DNA from: Oxobacter pfennigii
GTDB lineage: Bacteria; Bacillota; Clostridia; Clostridiales; Oxobacteraceae
NCBI RefSeq assembly: GCF_001317355.1
Contig: NZ_LKET01000039.1
Span: forward strand, 350,574 to 414,573
Length of the DNA: 64,000 nucleotides
Reading direction: 5' to 3'
A program made the translations under genes and the position numbers. Below the pieces are notes generated by a model. It was not told where the DNA came from. It ran no database searches and was given only the letters and a program-made list of their open reading frames with translations. Position 1 is the stretch's first letter; the number at the start of each line of letters is the position of its first letter. Positions 1-10,254 of this stretch are shown piece after piece.

Positions 1-743
1 CTACATTGGAAGTATTCATGCCTGACGGCAGGCAGGTTAAAGCAGCTTATGTGGGCGGTGACTGGAGAACCGACCTTGCTGTTATTAAAGTGGATTTAAA
101 GGATCTTCCCGTAGCCGAACTTGGGGATTCTTCCGCTCTCGAAGTTGGTGAGCAGGCAGTAGCAATTGGCAATCCATTAGGTATGGAATTTGCCGGTTCT
201 GTCACCGCCGGAGTTATAAGTGCCTTAAACAGAAAGGTTGAAATGGAAGATAAAACCCTGAATCTCATCCAGACGGATGCAGCCATAAATCCCGGAAACA
301 GCGGCGGCGCTCTTGTAAATTCCAAGGGGCAGGTAATAGGTATTAATACAGTTAAAATATCCGTAACCGGCGTTGAAGGACTTGGTTTTGCAATACCAAT
401 GAATGATGCCAAACCAATCATTGAACAATTAAAGATGTTCGGTTATGTAAAAGGAAGACCCTTCATAGGTATATCCGGTGAAGAAGTAACAGAAGTTATA
501 TCTAAGCAGTATGGCCTGCCGGTTGGCGTCTATGTGCTTGGGGTAACCGCCGGAAGCGGAGCACAGAGTGCCGGAATACAAAAAGGCGATATAATCGTCA
601 GCTTAGGCGGCAAGGAAGTTAAAACCATGAAGGATATTGACAACATCAAAAAGAGCTATAAAGCCGGTGATACCGTTGACGCTGTAATCGTCAGAAACAA
701 TGTAAACATGAATATAAAAATAACTTTCACAGAAGAGAAATAG
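1..743 (+). CDS. HtrA/DegP-family serine protease, C-terminal portion (5-prime end lies outside the window)
   Basis: Reading frame is open to the window edge. It carries the GNSGGAL catalytic-serine motif followed by a PDZ-like domain (GISGEEVTEV...GDIIVSLGG). Confidence 0.8.
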   Translation, partial: TLEVFMPDGRQVKAAYVGGDWRTDLAVIKVDLKDLPVAELGDSSALEVGEQAVAIGNPLGMEFAGSVTAGVISALNRKVEMEDKTLNLIQTDAAINPGNSGGALVNSKGQVIGINTVKISVTGVEGLGFAIPMNDAKPIIEQLKMFGYVKGRPFIGISGEEVTEVISKQYGLPVGVYVLGVTAGSGAQSAGIQKGDIIVSLGGKEVKTMKDIDNIKKSYKAGDTVDAVIVRNNVNMNIKITFTEEK

Positions 744-789
744 AAATTTTCCTTCACACAAGAGGGGACGCAACTCAGAATGCAGAACG

Positions 790-813
790 GGGACACAACT
801 TTAGTTGTGTCCC
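790..813. repeat. REP-like perfect palindrome GGGACACAAC-TTTA-GTTGTGTCCC, copy 1, 47 nt after the htrA stop
   Basis: 10-11 bp perfect inverted repeat. The same sequence recurs at 53183-53207 and 63973-64000. A half-site-like GGGGACGCAACT sits at 763-774. Confidence 0.7.
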
Positions 814-844
814 TCTCCTCTTTTCCCCTTTCCTTTTGTAATCA

Positions 845-1030
845 GTTACCACTTAGCACTATCATATTTAATATGATTCTATTCACTGCTACTCGACTTA
901 GAAGCTGTAAACTCGGCTTCGGGCTGCACCATAAATGTTATTGCTCAAACAATGGCGCAGCTATTCTACGCCTCGTTAACAGCTTTTCTACAGCCACTTC
1001 GCAATGTTCCTTTCATCATATCAAATATCA
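845..1030 (-). repeat. Dispersed intergenic element family A, copy in minus orientation
   Basis: The reverse complement (GATATGATGAAAGGAACATTGCGAAGTGGCTGTAGAAAAGCTGTTAACGAGGC...GAGTTTACAGCTTCTAAGT) aligns to the copies at 18895, 53738 and 58214. Confidence 0.55.
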
Positions 1031-1143
1031 TTACTTTATGAATTGTTATGCATATTTGGTAACTGATTACAAAGAAGTTTATAATCCTTGTACCACTCTT
1101 GTATAATCTTTGGCCGTATTTCATAATAGTATTAGAGTTATAA

Positions 1144-2652
<1,509 letters not shown>

Positions 2653-2730
2653 GTTTATACGATATTGATAGCGAGGAAGCGGCAAGGGAGGTATTTACTA
2701 TCAATATTGAAATGTAAGGAGGAAGATAGT

Positions 2731-3846
2731 ATGGCAGAAGAAAAAGTTTACTGGGTGGACTTTGACATCATGGAGAAGTTTATGACTGACGTATTCAAGG
2801 GAGTGGGAGTACCGTCGGAGGATGCAAAAATCTGCGCCGACATACTCATAACTTCCGATAAAAGGGGTATAGATTCTCATGGCGTCGGAAGATTAAAGCC
2901 CATATATTATGACAGAATAAGACTGGGAGTACAAAATCCCGTTACCAATTTTGAAGTGGTGAGAGAAGGGTTGACTACGGCAGTTGTAGACGGACATCAC
3001 GGAATGGGACATGTAATAGGCAAAAAAGCAATGGCAATGGCTATTGAAAAGGCAAAAAAATACGGAATGGGGATGGTGGTTGTCAGAAATTCCACTCATT
3101 ACGGTATCGCCGGCTACTATGGGATAATGGCTGCCAATGAAGATATGATAGGCATAACCGGAACTAATGCCAGGCCGTCAATTGCTCCTACCTTTGGAGT
3201 GGAAAACATGCTGGGCACAAACCCCTTAACCTTTGGTATGCCTACAGACGAGGAATTCCCTTTTGTGCTTGATTGCGCAACTTCAATTACTCAGAGAGGG
3301 AAGATTGAAGTTTACGACAGGGAAGGCAAGGAAATTCCTGCCGGATGGGTAATAGATGCCGGCGGCAATACCAGAACAGATACCCATGAGATATTAAAGG
3401 ATTTGGTTAAAGGCACGGCAGCGCTTACTCCTTTAGGCGGAATCGGGGAAAAAACAGCAGGATATAAAGGATATGGATATGCAACAGTTGTTGAAATTTT
3501 ATCCTCCGCACTTCAGGCCGGGTCGTTTTTAAAAGGGCTTACCGGCTTTGATGATAAGGGTAAGCCTACTACATACAACCTGGGGCACTTTTTTATTGCA
3601 ATTGATATAAACGCCTTTATCCAACCCGAAAATTTCAAGAAGGCAGCAGGAAATATTTTAAGAGAATTAAGAGCTTCTAAAAAAGCTCCGGGTAATGAAC
3701 GGATATATACAGCCGGTGAAAAGGAATATTTATCCTGGTTAGATAGAAAAGACAGGGGAGTTCCCATAAATGAAGCGCTTCAAAAGGATATCGCTGATTT
3801 AAAAAGGGAACTTAACCTTACATGGTATAAATTTCCCTTTGAATAA
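2731..3846 (+). CDS. Ldh_2-family (malate/L-lactate/sulfolactate-type) NAD(P)-dependent dehydrogenase
   Basis: N-terminus and internal motifs (SHGVGRL, GHHGMGHV, VVRNSTHYGIAGYY) are typical of Ldh_2/YbiC-like proteins. AGGAGG RBS precedes ATG 2731; the upstream in-frame extension from 2665 has no RBS. Confidence 0.8.
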   Translation: MAEEKVYWVDFDIMEKFMTDVFKGVGVPSEDAKICADILITSDKRGIDSHGVGRLKPIYYDRIRLGVQNPVTNFEVVREGLTTAVVDGHHGMGHVIGKKAMAMAIEKAKKYGMGMVVVRNSTHYGIAGYYGIMAANEDMIGITGTNARPSIAPTFGVENMLGTNPLTFGMPTDEEFPFVLDCATSITQRGKIEVYDREGKEIPAGWVIDAGGNTRTDTHEILKDLVKGTAALTPLGGIGEKTAGYKGYGYATVVEILSSALQAGSFLKGLTGFDDKGKPTTYNLGHFFIAIDINAFIQPENFKKAAGNILRELRASKKAPGNERIYTAGEKEYLSWLDRKDRGVPINEALQKDIADLKRELNLTWYKFPFE

Positions 3847-3957
3847 TAGGCAATAAAATAATGTATCTTTTTAAGAAGGAGTACAAATAATATTATCATG
3901 GAATTTGTTCAAGACTATAAAGAAAAAATATTACAGTGAATATTGAGAGGTGATATT

Positions 3958-4233
3958 ATGGATTTTGACAATTTTAAAACCCTCGGAGAATGGGATAAGT
4001 GGAAAGGAGCCCTGGCAAAAGCAGTAGACCTTGGCGAAGCAATAGGATTTAACGAAAACACAGTTGATAAAATGGCTTATAGAATAGGGAATTTTTTATC
4101 TTCCACAGTAGACCCTGAAAACAGGGAGGAAAGGGTTCTGCAGGAACTCTGGAAAGTAGCTGATGAAAGTGACAAAAAAGTTCTGGCAAAGCTCATTGTC
4201 AGGATGGTGGAAAAAGACAGCCGGTTACATTAA
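3958..4233 (+). CDS. small hypothetical protein (DUF3243/YmfJ-like pattern)
   Basis: 92-aa ORF with a GAGAGGTG RBS. The W..WK...DP.N.EE.VL..LW pattern resembles the Bacillus YmfJ family; this is recalled from memory, not verified. Confidence 0.5.
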   Translation: MDFDNFKTLGEWDKWKGALAKAVDLGEAIGFNENTVDKMAYRIGNFLSSTVDPENREERVLQELWKVADESDKKVLAKLIVRMVEKDSRLH

Positions 4234-4351
4234 CTACTGGCAATGCTTTATATAAGGCCTGATTAAGCATAGAAGCAATGGCTGTTATAGTAAGCGTTAA
4301 AATTATATAAAAAAGCTATGGAAATTTCTGATTAATAATATTTGAAATTAG

Positions 4352-4367
4352 ATATCACTGGTGATAA
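4352..4367. promoter_or_regulatory. near-palindrome ATATCACTGGTGATAA overlapping the padR-like translation initiation region; candidate autoregulatory operator
   Basis: 6 of 7 bp inverted arms with a 2-bp centre, directly upstream of the PadR-family gene. Confidence 0.3.
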
Positions 4368-4386
4368 TATCATAAGGGGTGATATC

Positions 4387-4836
4387 ATGAATGATAAGGA
4401 CAAAGTACCTATAAATTGGGTGGAAGAACAAAAGAAGCTAGAAGAAGAATATAAAAGAAAGCTGGCTGAACTTAAAAAACTTCGCCAAGATAATGAAATG
4501 ATAGGTAAAATACTGACAAGGGGTATACTTCCTACCCTTGTTTTAAACATTGTATTTCAGCAGCCTTCAAATGGCAATGAAATATCAACAAGGATAGGGG
4601 ATATTACCGATGGCTCATGGCAGCCGAGCACAGGAGGCATTTATCCTATACTCAAGCGATATGAGAACCAGGGACTGATTACAGGAAAGTGGGATGATCC
4701 TGATAAAAGAGTTAAAAAAATCTACACCATAACGGATAAAGGCTTAAAAGAACTCACTTATCAAAAACAGGCACTTATTAACAGTCTGAATAAAACTGTG
4801 GATGTGTTTAATAATATAATAAAGAATTTAAAATAG
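4387..4836 (+). CDS. PadR-family transcriptional regulator
   Basis: Winged-helix PadR signature (ISTRIGDITDGSWQPSTGGIYPILKRYENQGLITGKWDDPDKRVKKIYTITDKG). AAGGGGTG RBS precedes ATG 4387. Confidence 0.75.
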   Translation: MNDKDKVPINWVEEQKKLEEEYKRKLAELKKLRQDNEMIGKILTRGILPTLVLNIVFQQPSNGNEISTRIGDITDGSWQPSTGGIYPILKRYENQGLITGKWDDPDKRVKKIYTITDKGLKELTYQKQALINSLNKTVDVFNNIIKNLK

Positions 4837-4931
4837 GAGCATATAATTTATGCTCTTTAATATTGTTTTATATTATCAATAGTGATAATATAAAAATAAA
4901 CGTTATCGCTGGTGATAAGGTGGTGGTTATT

Positions 4932-5609
4932 TTGTTCAATAAGATAGTATGTATAGGTGATAGTATTACCAAAGGTAAGGTATGGAAAGAAAATGAGCGA
5001 AAGCCTTATATTACTGAAATGTCTTATCCGAGTATACTGCAAAAATTATTATGTGTTGATGTGAAAAACTATGGCATATGTGATATTACAAGCCGGCAAA
5101 TCCTTGAAAATATACCGGGTATTAGGGACTTTAACAGGGAAAGTGCTGTAATACTTGAAATTGGCGGAAACGATTGCAACCTGAACTGGAAAAATATTAA
5201 GAGAAATCCTCATGGAAGTCATGAGGCGGCAATACCTTTGGAGGGATTTAAAAATAATCTTCAAAAAATTGTTGATACTGTGAAAAACTTTGAGTGTGCC
5301 CCGCTTATTTGCACACTTCCGCCCCTTGACCCCGACAGGTATTATAATCTGCTAAAAAGAGTTTTTGGAGAGAGTATAAAGCTATGGATAGATAAAAACG
5401 GAGGAATATTTAACTGGCAGGAGAGATACAGCAATGCAGTTAAAGAAATTGCCAAAAAGACCGGTGCATATCTTATAGACATAAGGGAAGCATTCCTAAA
5501 TACAGTGGACTACAGAAAATACATAAGTATTGACGGAATACACCCTAATGAAGACGGTTACCATTTAATAGCACGGACATGCCTTGATGCATTGAAGTCT
5601 ATATTTTAA
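4932..5609 (+). CDS. SGNH/GDSL-family hydrolase
   Basis: GDS-block (CIGDSITKG), GGNDC block and the DGIHPNEDGYH catalytic His block. The start is uncertain: TTG 4932 follows AAGGTGGTGG, with alternative upstream starts at 4863-4920. Confidence 0.7.
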   Translation: MFNKIVCIGDSITKGKVWKENERKPYITEMSYPSILQKLLCVDVKNYGICDITSRQILENIPGIRDFNRESAVILEIGGNDCNLNWKNIKRNPHGSHEAAIPLEGFKNNLQKIVDTVKNFECAPLICTLPPLDPDRYYNLLKRVFGESIKLWIDKNGGIFNWQERYSNAVKEIAKKTGAYLIDIREAFLNTVDYRKYISIDGIHPNEDGYHLIARTCLDALKSIF

Positions 5610-5753
5610 TTTAACCCTTTATACTTATTTGTAAAACAGCATAATCGGATACTTTACAAATAAGTACAACCGGTTAAATTATTGCTGTGCTTATACCCGA
5701 ATGCTTACCCGAAATAATGACAAAATAATATGTAAGAAGCATATATTGGGGGC

Positions 5754-7106
5754 ATGCAGATGAAAAATGAGAGCTATTTTAGAATATTCAGAGAAGCTGT
5801 CAGGCTTCAAAAAGAAGGAAGGCTCATTGATGGAATAGAAAACATATCTATTGAAGATATGGATGAAGGCTTGCTGAGAGGATATATAGCTTCAGCCCTT
5901 GGACAGGAGCCGGAGGAAGGTATAAGCTTAACAGAACTTGCAAAAAAAGCCTTAAGAGAATATGAGATGAATAAGCCTATTTTGACTGTGACGGGTGAGT
6001 GCGAGGACGACTGCAGGGAAGCTGGAGTGCATAAATGTGTAAAGTCCTGCCCTTTTGAATCTATATTTTATGATAGAAAGGCATCAAGGATAAAGATATC
6101 CAAGGAAGATTGCACAGGGTGTTCCGAGTGTATCGATGCCTGTCATAAGAAAAAAATAATTGATAAGATACAGTACTTCCCTATAGCAAATATTATAAGG
6201 GATCATAAGGCTCCTGTATATGCAGCCATAGCTCCTGCATTTGCAGGCCAGTTCGGCGAGGGGATAACTGCCGGCAAATTAAGAACTGCCTTTAAAATGC
6301 TGGGGTTTGATGATATGGTGGAAGTAGCAATATTTGCAGATATATTGAGCATAAGAGAAGCAGTGGAATTTGACAGGCTGGTGAAGGAAGTCGGTGATTT
6401 TATGATAACCAGCTGCTGCTGCCCTATATGGATGGCTATGTTAAAAAAGCATTACAGAGCTCTGGTTGAACATGTAACTCCTTCGGTATCTCCCATGATA
6501 GCTGCAGGCCGAGTATTGAAAAAGCTTGTGTCTGAAGCAAAGGTAGTGTTTATCGGGCCCTGTGTTGCTAAGAAAGCCGAAGCAAAGGAGCCGGACGTTG
6601 CAGGAGCAATAGATTATGTCATGACCTTTGATGAATTAAATGAGGTTTTTAAAGTATCTGAAATAAATATATCCGAATTGAAGGAAGACATAAGTGACTG
6701 TTCTTCAAAGGGAGGCAGAATATATGCGCGTACGGGCGGAGTAAGCCAGTGTATTGAGGAAACCTTGGAAAAAATATCTCCAAAGCGCATGATCAAACTA
6801 AAAGCTGTCCAGGGCAATGGTGTAAAAGAATGCAAGGAACTTTTGGATAAAGCTATAAAAGGTGAAATTGATGCTAACTTTTTAGAGGGAATGGGATGTA
6901 TAGGCGGATGCGTAGGCGGACCAAAGGTAGTAATAGATAAGGAAACTGGCAGAGTTAAAGTCAATGAATACGGGGAACAAGCCGAATATAAGACCCCTGT
7001 TGACAGCCTCTGTGTATTAAAGGTCCTTGGAGGTATAGGCTTTGAAATAATTGATGAACTTAAAGAAGAAAATGAAAAAACCCGCATATTCCGCAGAAAG
7101 CTCTAG
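5754..7106 (+). CDS. [FeFe]-hydrogenase-like protein (H-cluster domain with an N-terminal ferredoxin-like region and a 90-aa extension of unknown function)
   Basis: H-cluster motifs L1 TSCCCPIW, L2 GPCVAKKAE and L3 EGMGCIGGCVGGP, plus CTGCSECIDAC and C..C..SCP 4Fe-4S motifs. Only 450 aa in total. Confidence 0.7.
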   Translation: MQMKNESYFRIFREAVRLQKEGRLIDGIENISIEDMDEGLLRGYIASALGQEPEEGISLTELAKKALREYEMNKPILTVTGECEDDCREAGVHKCVKSCPFESIFYDRKASRIKISKEDCTGCSECIDACHKKKIIDKIQYFPIANIIRDHKAPVYAAIAPAFAGQFGEGITAGKLRTAFKMLGFDDMVEVAIFADILSIREAVEFDRLVKEVGDFMITSCCCPIWMAMLKKHYRALVEHVTPSVSPMIAAGRVLKKLVSEAKVVFIGPCVAKKAEAKEPDVAGAIDYVMTFDELNEVFKVSEINISELKEDISDCSSKGGRIYARTGGVSQCIEETLEKISPKRMIKLKAVQGNGVKECKELLDKAIKGEIDANFLEGMGCIGGCVGGPKVVIDKETGRVKVNEYGEQAEYKTPVDSLCVLKVLGGIGFEIIDELKEENEKTRIFRRKL

Positions 7107-7127
7107 TTGATCAAATAATATGAAGGG

Positions 7128-7595
7128 TCAGGGTTTATGCCGGCTTATTCCATTTCCATCAGTACCGGTATCTATCTTGGTAACCTTAGGCAATTTTAAA
7201 ACAAGCAGCCCATTATTATAAGATGAAATAATTTTATCTACAGATATTTTATCAATCATAAAGGATCTGTTATATATATTTGACATGTAGCTTAAGCTCT
7301 GGGCATAATTATTTGAAAATATGTTCTGAGTTTTTTTATATGCGGACACGGTAAGTATATTTCCTTTATATTCTATACGTACATCATCTCTTTCAAAGCC
7401 CGAAAGCTTCACGAAAACTGTATAATCACAGTCCTGTTCCACCATCCAGGCATCAAAATAAAGCCTTGGGGAAGCAGGATATGAAATATTAGAAATAGCA
7501 TTTAAAAGGAGGCCGAACCCATCTAATATATCGCCTGGCGAAGTTTTATTATGCTTGCTTGCAGCTGTATGCTTATGCCGGTTATGTCTGGACAT
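7128..7595 (-). CDS. Hsp20/alpha-crystallin family small heat-shock protein
   Basis: Alpha-crystallin domain (DWMVEQDCDYTVFVKLSGFERDDVRIEYKGNILTVSA...LLVLKLPK). GAGGTGA RBS precedes the ATG at 7595. The longer ORF extending to 7898 has no support. Confidence 0.8.
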   Translation of the reverse strand: MSRHNRHKHTAASKHNKTSPGDILDGFGLLLNAISNISYPASPRLYFDAWMVEQDCDYTVFVKLSGFERDDVRIEYKGNILTVSAYKKTQNIFSNNYAQSLSYMSNIYNRSFMIDKISVDKIISSYNNGLLVLKLPKVTKIDTGTDGNGISRHKP

Positions 7596-7952
7596 TTGAA
7601 TCACCTCTGGTACCATCATATTACCAATATATGCAAAATAAATCATTTTGATAAAATTACAGAAGACTCTAAAAAATATAAGGTTGAATGAAAAGTAAGT
7701 GTAAAATGGAGAAATAACAAATACATTGGTAAATGCAGTGATACTGCAGGATTTAAGGCATTTTTCTTGTGCGTTAGGTGGGAAATTGATATAGTTGCGG
7801 TATAAAAGATAGGTTGAAAGCGAAAGAAAGGCACACCCAAAAGGCCTATTGTGGAATCTGTGTGAGACTAACTGCAACTTCGACCCCGATAATTGCATTT
7901 AACTTTTCATTTGAGGTTAAAAAATATAATTTACAGAGTTTTGGTAAAGGTA

Positions 7953-7982
7953 TTGACAAATAGTTTATAATGCTAATATAAT
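7953..7982 (+). promoter_or_regulatory. sigma-A-type promoter for the trp leader (TTGACA, about 18 nt spacer, TATAAT)
   Basis: TTGACA at 7953-7958 and TATAAT at 7977-7982, about 50 nt upstream of the T-box leader. Confidence 0.45.
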
Positions 7983-8029
7983 ATATAACAATAATAAACT
8001 AACATCAGTGATCAGGAAGAGTAGATACA

Positions 8030-8332
8030 TTAACTGAGTCCCAGCGATTCCGGGGCAGTGAAAGCCGGATACTTAAGCGTGTATTGAATGGACCTGTAAG
8101 ATGGCGTGCGAAAGTTATGGTAGCATAGCCCGGGAGTCAGCCGTTACAATGAACAGGGTATCGAGGAATCCGTACCTTAGAAGAGCGTTTTATATTTTGG
8201 TGGCATAGCGAAATTCAGCATTTCGTCCTTAATGGATGAAATGCTTTTTTAATATAAAACAAAAATGGGTGGCACCACGAGTCACTTCGTCCCATATTCA
8301 GACGAAGTGGCTCTTTTTATTTGGTCCAGATT
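8030..8332 (+). promoter_or_regulatory. T-box riboswitch leader (probably Trp-specific) with intrinsic terminator
   Basis: T-box motif AAAUGGGUGGCACCACGAG at 8271-8291. Terminator CACTTCGTC/GACGAAGTG plus a U-tract at 8293-8332. Candidate specifier GAAUGGA at about 8113. It sits upstream of trpEGDCFBA. Confidence 0.7.
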
Positions 8333-8464
8333 TTTGAACTCAGGAACACTAGTGTAACTGTAATATGTGCTTGGCTGCAAGGCAGAAGAATATTCAGAGG
8401 GTAGTACTAATGTACCGATGGTCATTTGACTGCAAAGAAGCGACAAGCGAGCTTTTAAGGAAAG

Positions 8465-8660
8465 GAGCTGTTGCATTTGAAACAACGTAAATGAGCATTG
8501 TGAGAGTTCTCTCTAAAGTTCTTGGTGACTCTGCCAAAGATATTACTTAGAATTTTAGATTGTTTGAGCGAATGAAGTTTAAAAATTCTTGTATTTTCAA
8601 GGCAGGAAACCTTAGAACTTGCGGAAGTCGAACACAGCGAATTGAGTGTTCAAAATGCAA
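8465..8660 (+). repeat. Dispersed element family B, copy 1 (inverted relative to the copy at 53228-53420)
   Basis: About 85-90 percent nucleotide identity to the reverse complement of 53228-53420. It lies between the T-box terminator and trpE. Confidence 0.55.
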
Positions 8661-8823
8661 CAGCCCCAATTTATGGCGGGGGCGGCCGTTAAAATCAGGA
8701 AGATTTTCGACCGGAAAGCTTTTTGCAATCAGATGACAGAGAAAAGGTACTAAGCCCCGGAGCAGTTCGTTTGCCTGCAGCAAACACAAAATAAATATTG
8801 AAATTTTATGGAGGTGAGTGTTT

Positions 8824-10254
8824 ATGGTAAATATCAATGAGACGGAATTTAAAGAGCTAAAGGGGCAGAAAGCTGCCTTTCCGGTGGTACTGGAGGTCAA
8901 CTGTGATGAACTGACGCCGATAAGCATTTTTTACTGCCTGGAAGGGGAAAACAAATTTCTGCTTGAAAGTGCACAAAGAGGAGTGGAATGGGGAAGGTAT
9001 TCCTTTATGGGGGCAAACCCTTACATGCATGTAAAAAGCTATGGACAGGATATAAGCATTGAAAAAGAAGGCAAGGTGGAAAATACCCAGGGTATGATAC
9101 TGGAATATATGGAGGACATAATGAAGAGCCCCTACAGGCAAAATGGAAGGGAGCTGCCCTTTACCGGAGGTGCAGTAGGATATGCCGGCTATGACATTGT
9201 GAGGCAGTATGAGAGTTTGCCGGATAAAAATGAGGATGAGATAAATATCCCCGAGGCATATTTCATGTTTTATAAAATCATCTATTGCTACGATCATTTA
9301 AGGCACACATTGTCTGCCATATATAATGTTTTCCCCCTTGATGAGGCTTCCTATGATGAAGTAACAAAACAGCTTGAAATGGCAATAGAAAAGGTCAATA
9401 TACAGGGTGAGGTCCATCATATGGCAGCAGAGAGCGAGAAAAAGGAGGTAAAATCCAATTTCACCGAAGAAGAATTCTGCTCTATCGTAAAAAAAGCAAA
9501 GGAGCACATCGTGAAGGGAGATATATTCCAGGCGGTATTATCCCAAAGGCTGACGGCAAAAAGCCATTCCCATCCCTTTGATGTATATAGAAGGTTAAGG
9601 TCAAAAAATCCTTCTCCCTATCTTTTTTATATAGACTTTACAGAATTCCAGGTGGTGGGTTCTTCACCTGAGAGTCTTGTCAGCGTAAAGGGAGACACCG
9701 TTACCACAAACCCAATAGCAGGAACCCGGCCAAGAGGCAAAACGGCTCAGGAGGATATGAAATTAAAAGAGGAACTCCTAAGGGACGAAAAGGAGAGAGC
9801 AGAGCACCTGATGCTTGTGGATTTAGGCAGGAACGACATTGGAAAGGTCAGCACTTTAGGTTCAGTCAGGCTTGATAAGTTCATGGATGTTGATTTATAT
9901 TCCCACGTCATGCATATAGTCACCAAGGTTTCAGGAGAGCTTCATGATAACATGTCCTGCTTTGATGCCCTGAAGGCCTGCCTTCCTGCCGGTACGGTAT
10001 CGGGGGCACCGAAGGTGAGAGCAATGGAGATTATAGATGACCTTGAAAACATAAGGCGGGGGCTTTACGCAGGAGCGGTAGGCTACTTCTCTTATGACGG
10101 GAATATGGATATGTGCATAGCCATCCGTACCATAATTTTCAAAGAAGATACGGCCTATCTTCAGGCAGGAGCCGGAATAGTATATGATTCGGACCCGTCA
10201 TATGAATATGTTGAGACTTTAAATAAAGTGATGATTTTAAAGGAGGCGCTGTAA
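8824..10254 (+). CDS. trpE: anthranilate synthase component I
   Basis: Full-length TrpE similarity (chorismate-binding C-terminus LMLVDLGRNDIGKVS...GAPKVRAMEII). GGAGGTGA RBS lies 9 nt before ATG 8824. Confidence 0.9.
   Translation: MVNINETEFKELKGQKAAFPVVLEVNCDELTPISIFYCLEGENKFLLESAQRGVEWGRYSFMGANPYMHVKSYGQDISIEKEGKVENTQGMILEYMEDIMKSPYRQNGRELPFTGGAVGYAGYDIVRQYESLPDKNEDEINIPEAYFMFYKIIYCYDHLRHTLSAIYNVFPLDEASYDEVTKQLEMAIEKVNIQGEVHHMAAESEKKEVKSNFTEEEFCSIVKKAKEHIVKGDIFQAVLSQRLTAKSHSHPFDVYRRLRSKNPSPYLFYIDFTEFQVVGSSPESLVSVKGDTVTTNPIAGTRPRGKTAQEDMKLKEELLRDEKERAEHLMLVDLGRNDIGKVSTLGSVRLDKFMDVDLYSHVMHIVTKVSGELHDNMSCFDALKACLPAGTVSGAPKVRAMEIIDDLENIRRGLYAGAVGYFSYDGNMDMCIAIRTIIFKEDTAYLQAGAGIVYDSDPSYEYVETLNKVMILKEAL

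Noticed and set aside
2665-2730. Upstream in-frame extension of the Ldh_2 dehydrogenase ORF, and a similar extension of the 34625 ribU ORF
   Set aside because: Neither extension has an RBS. The downstream ATG starts are preceded by AGGAGG or GGAGGG and match family N-termini.
7596-7898. N-terminal 100-aa extension of the Hsp20 ORF (7128..7898)
   Set aside because: The extension is hydrophobic and low-complexity and has no RBS. The complete alpha-crystallin protein starts at the ATG at 7595, which has a GAGGTGA RBS.
8547-8927. Minus-strand 126-aa ORF with a translation resembling the + ORF at 53200..53511. This could be taken as a small protein family.
   Set aside because: Both ORFs lie inside copies of repeat family B and have no RBS. 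One overlaps the trpE start and the other begins inside the REP hairpin. The similarity is explained by nucleotide-level identity of the repeats. The alternative (coding family) was not fully excluded; that would require Ka/Ks analysis across many copies.
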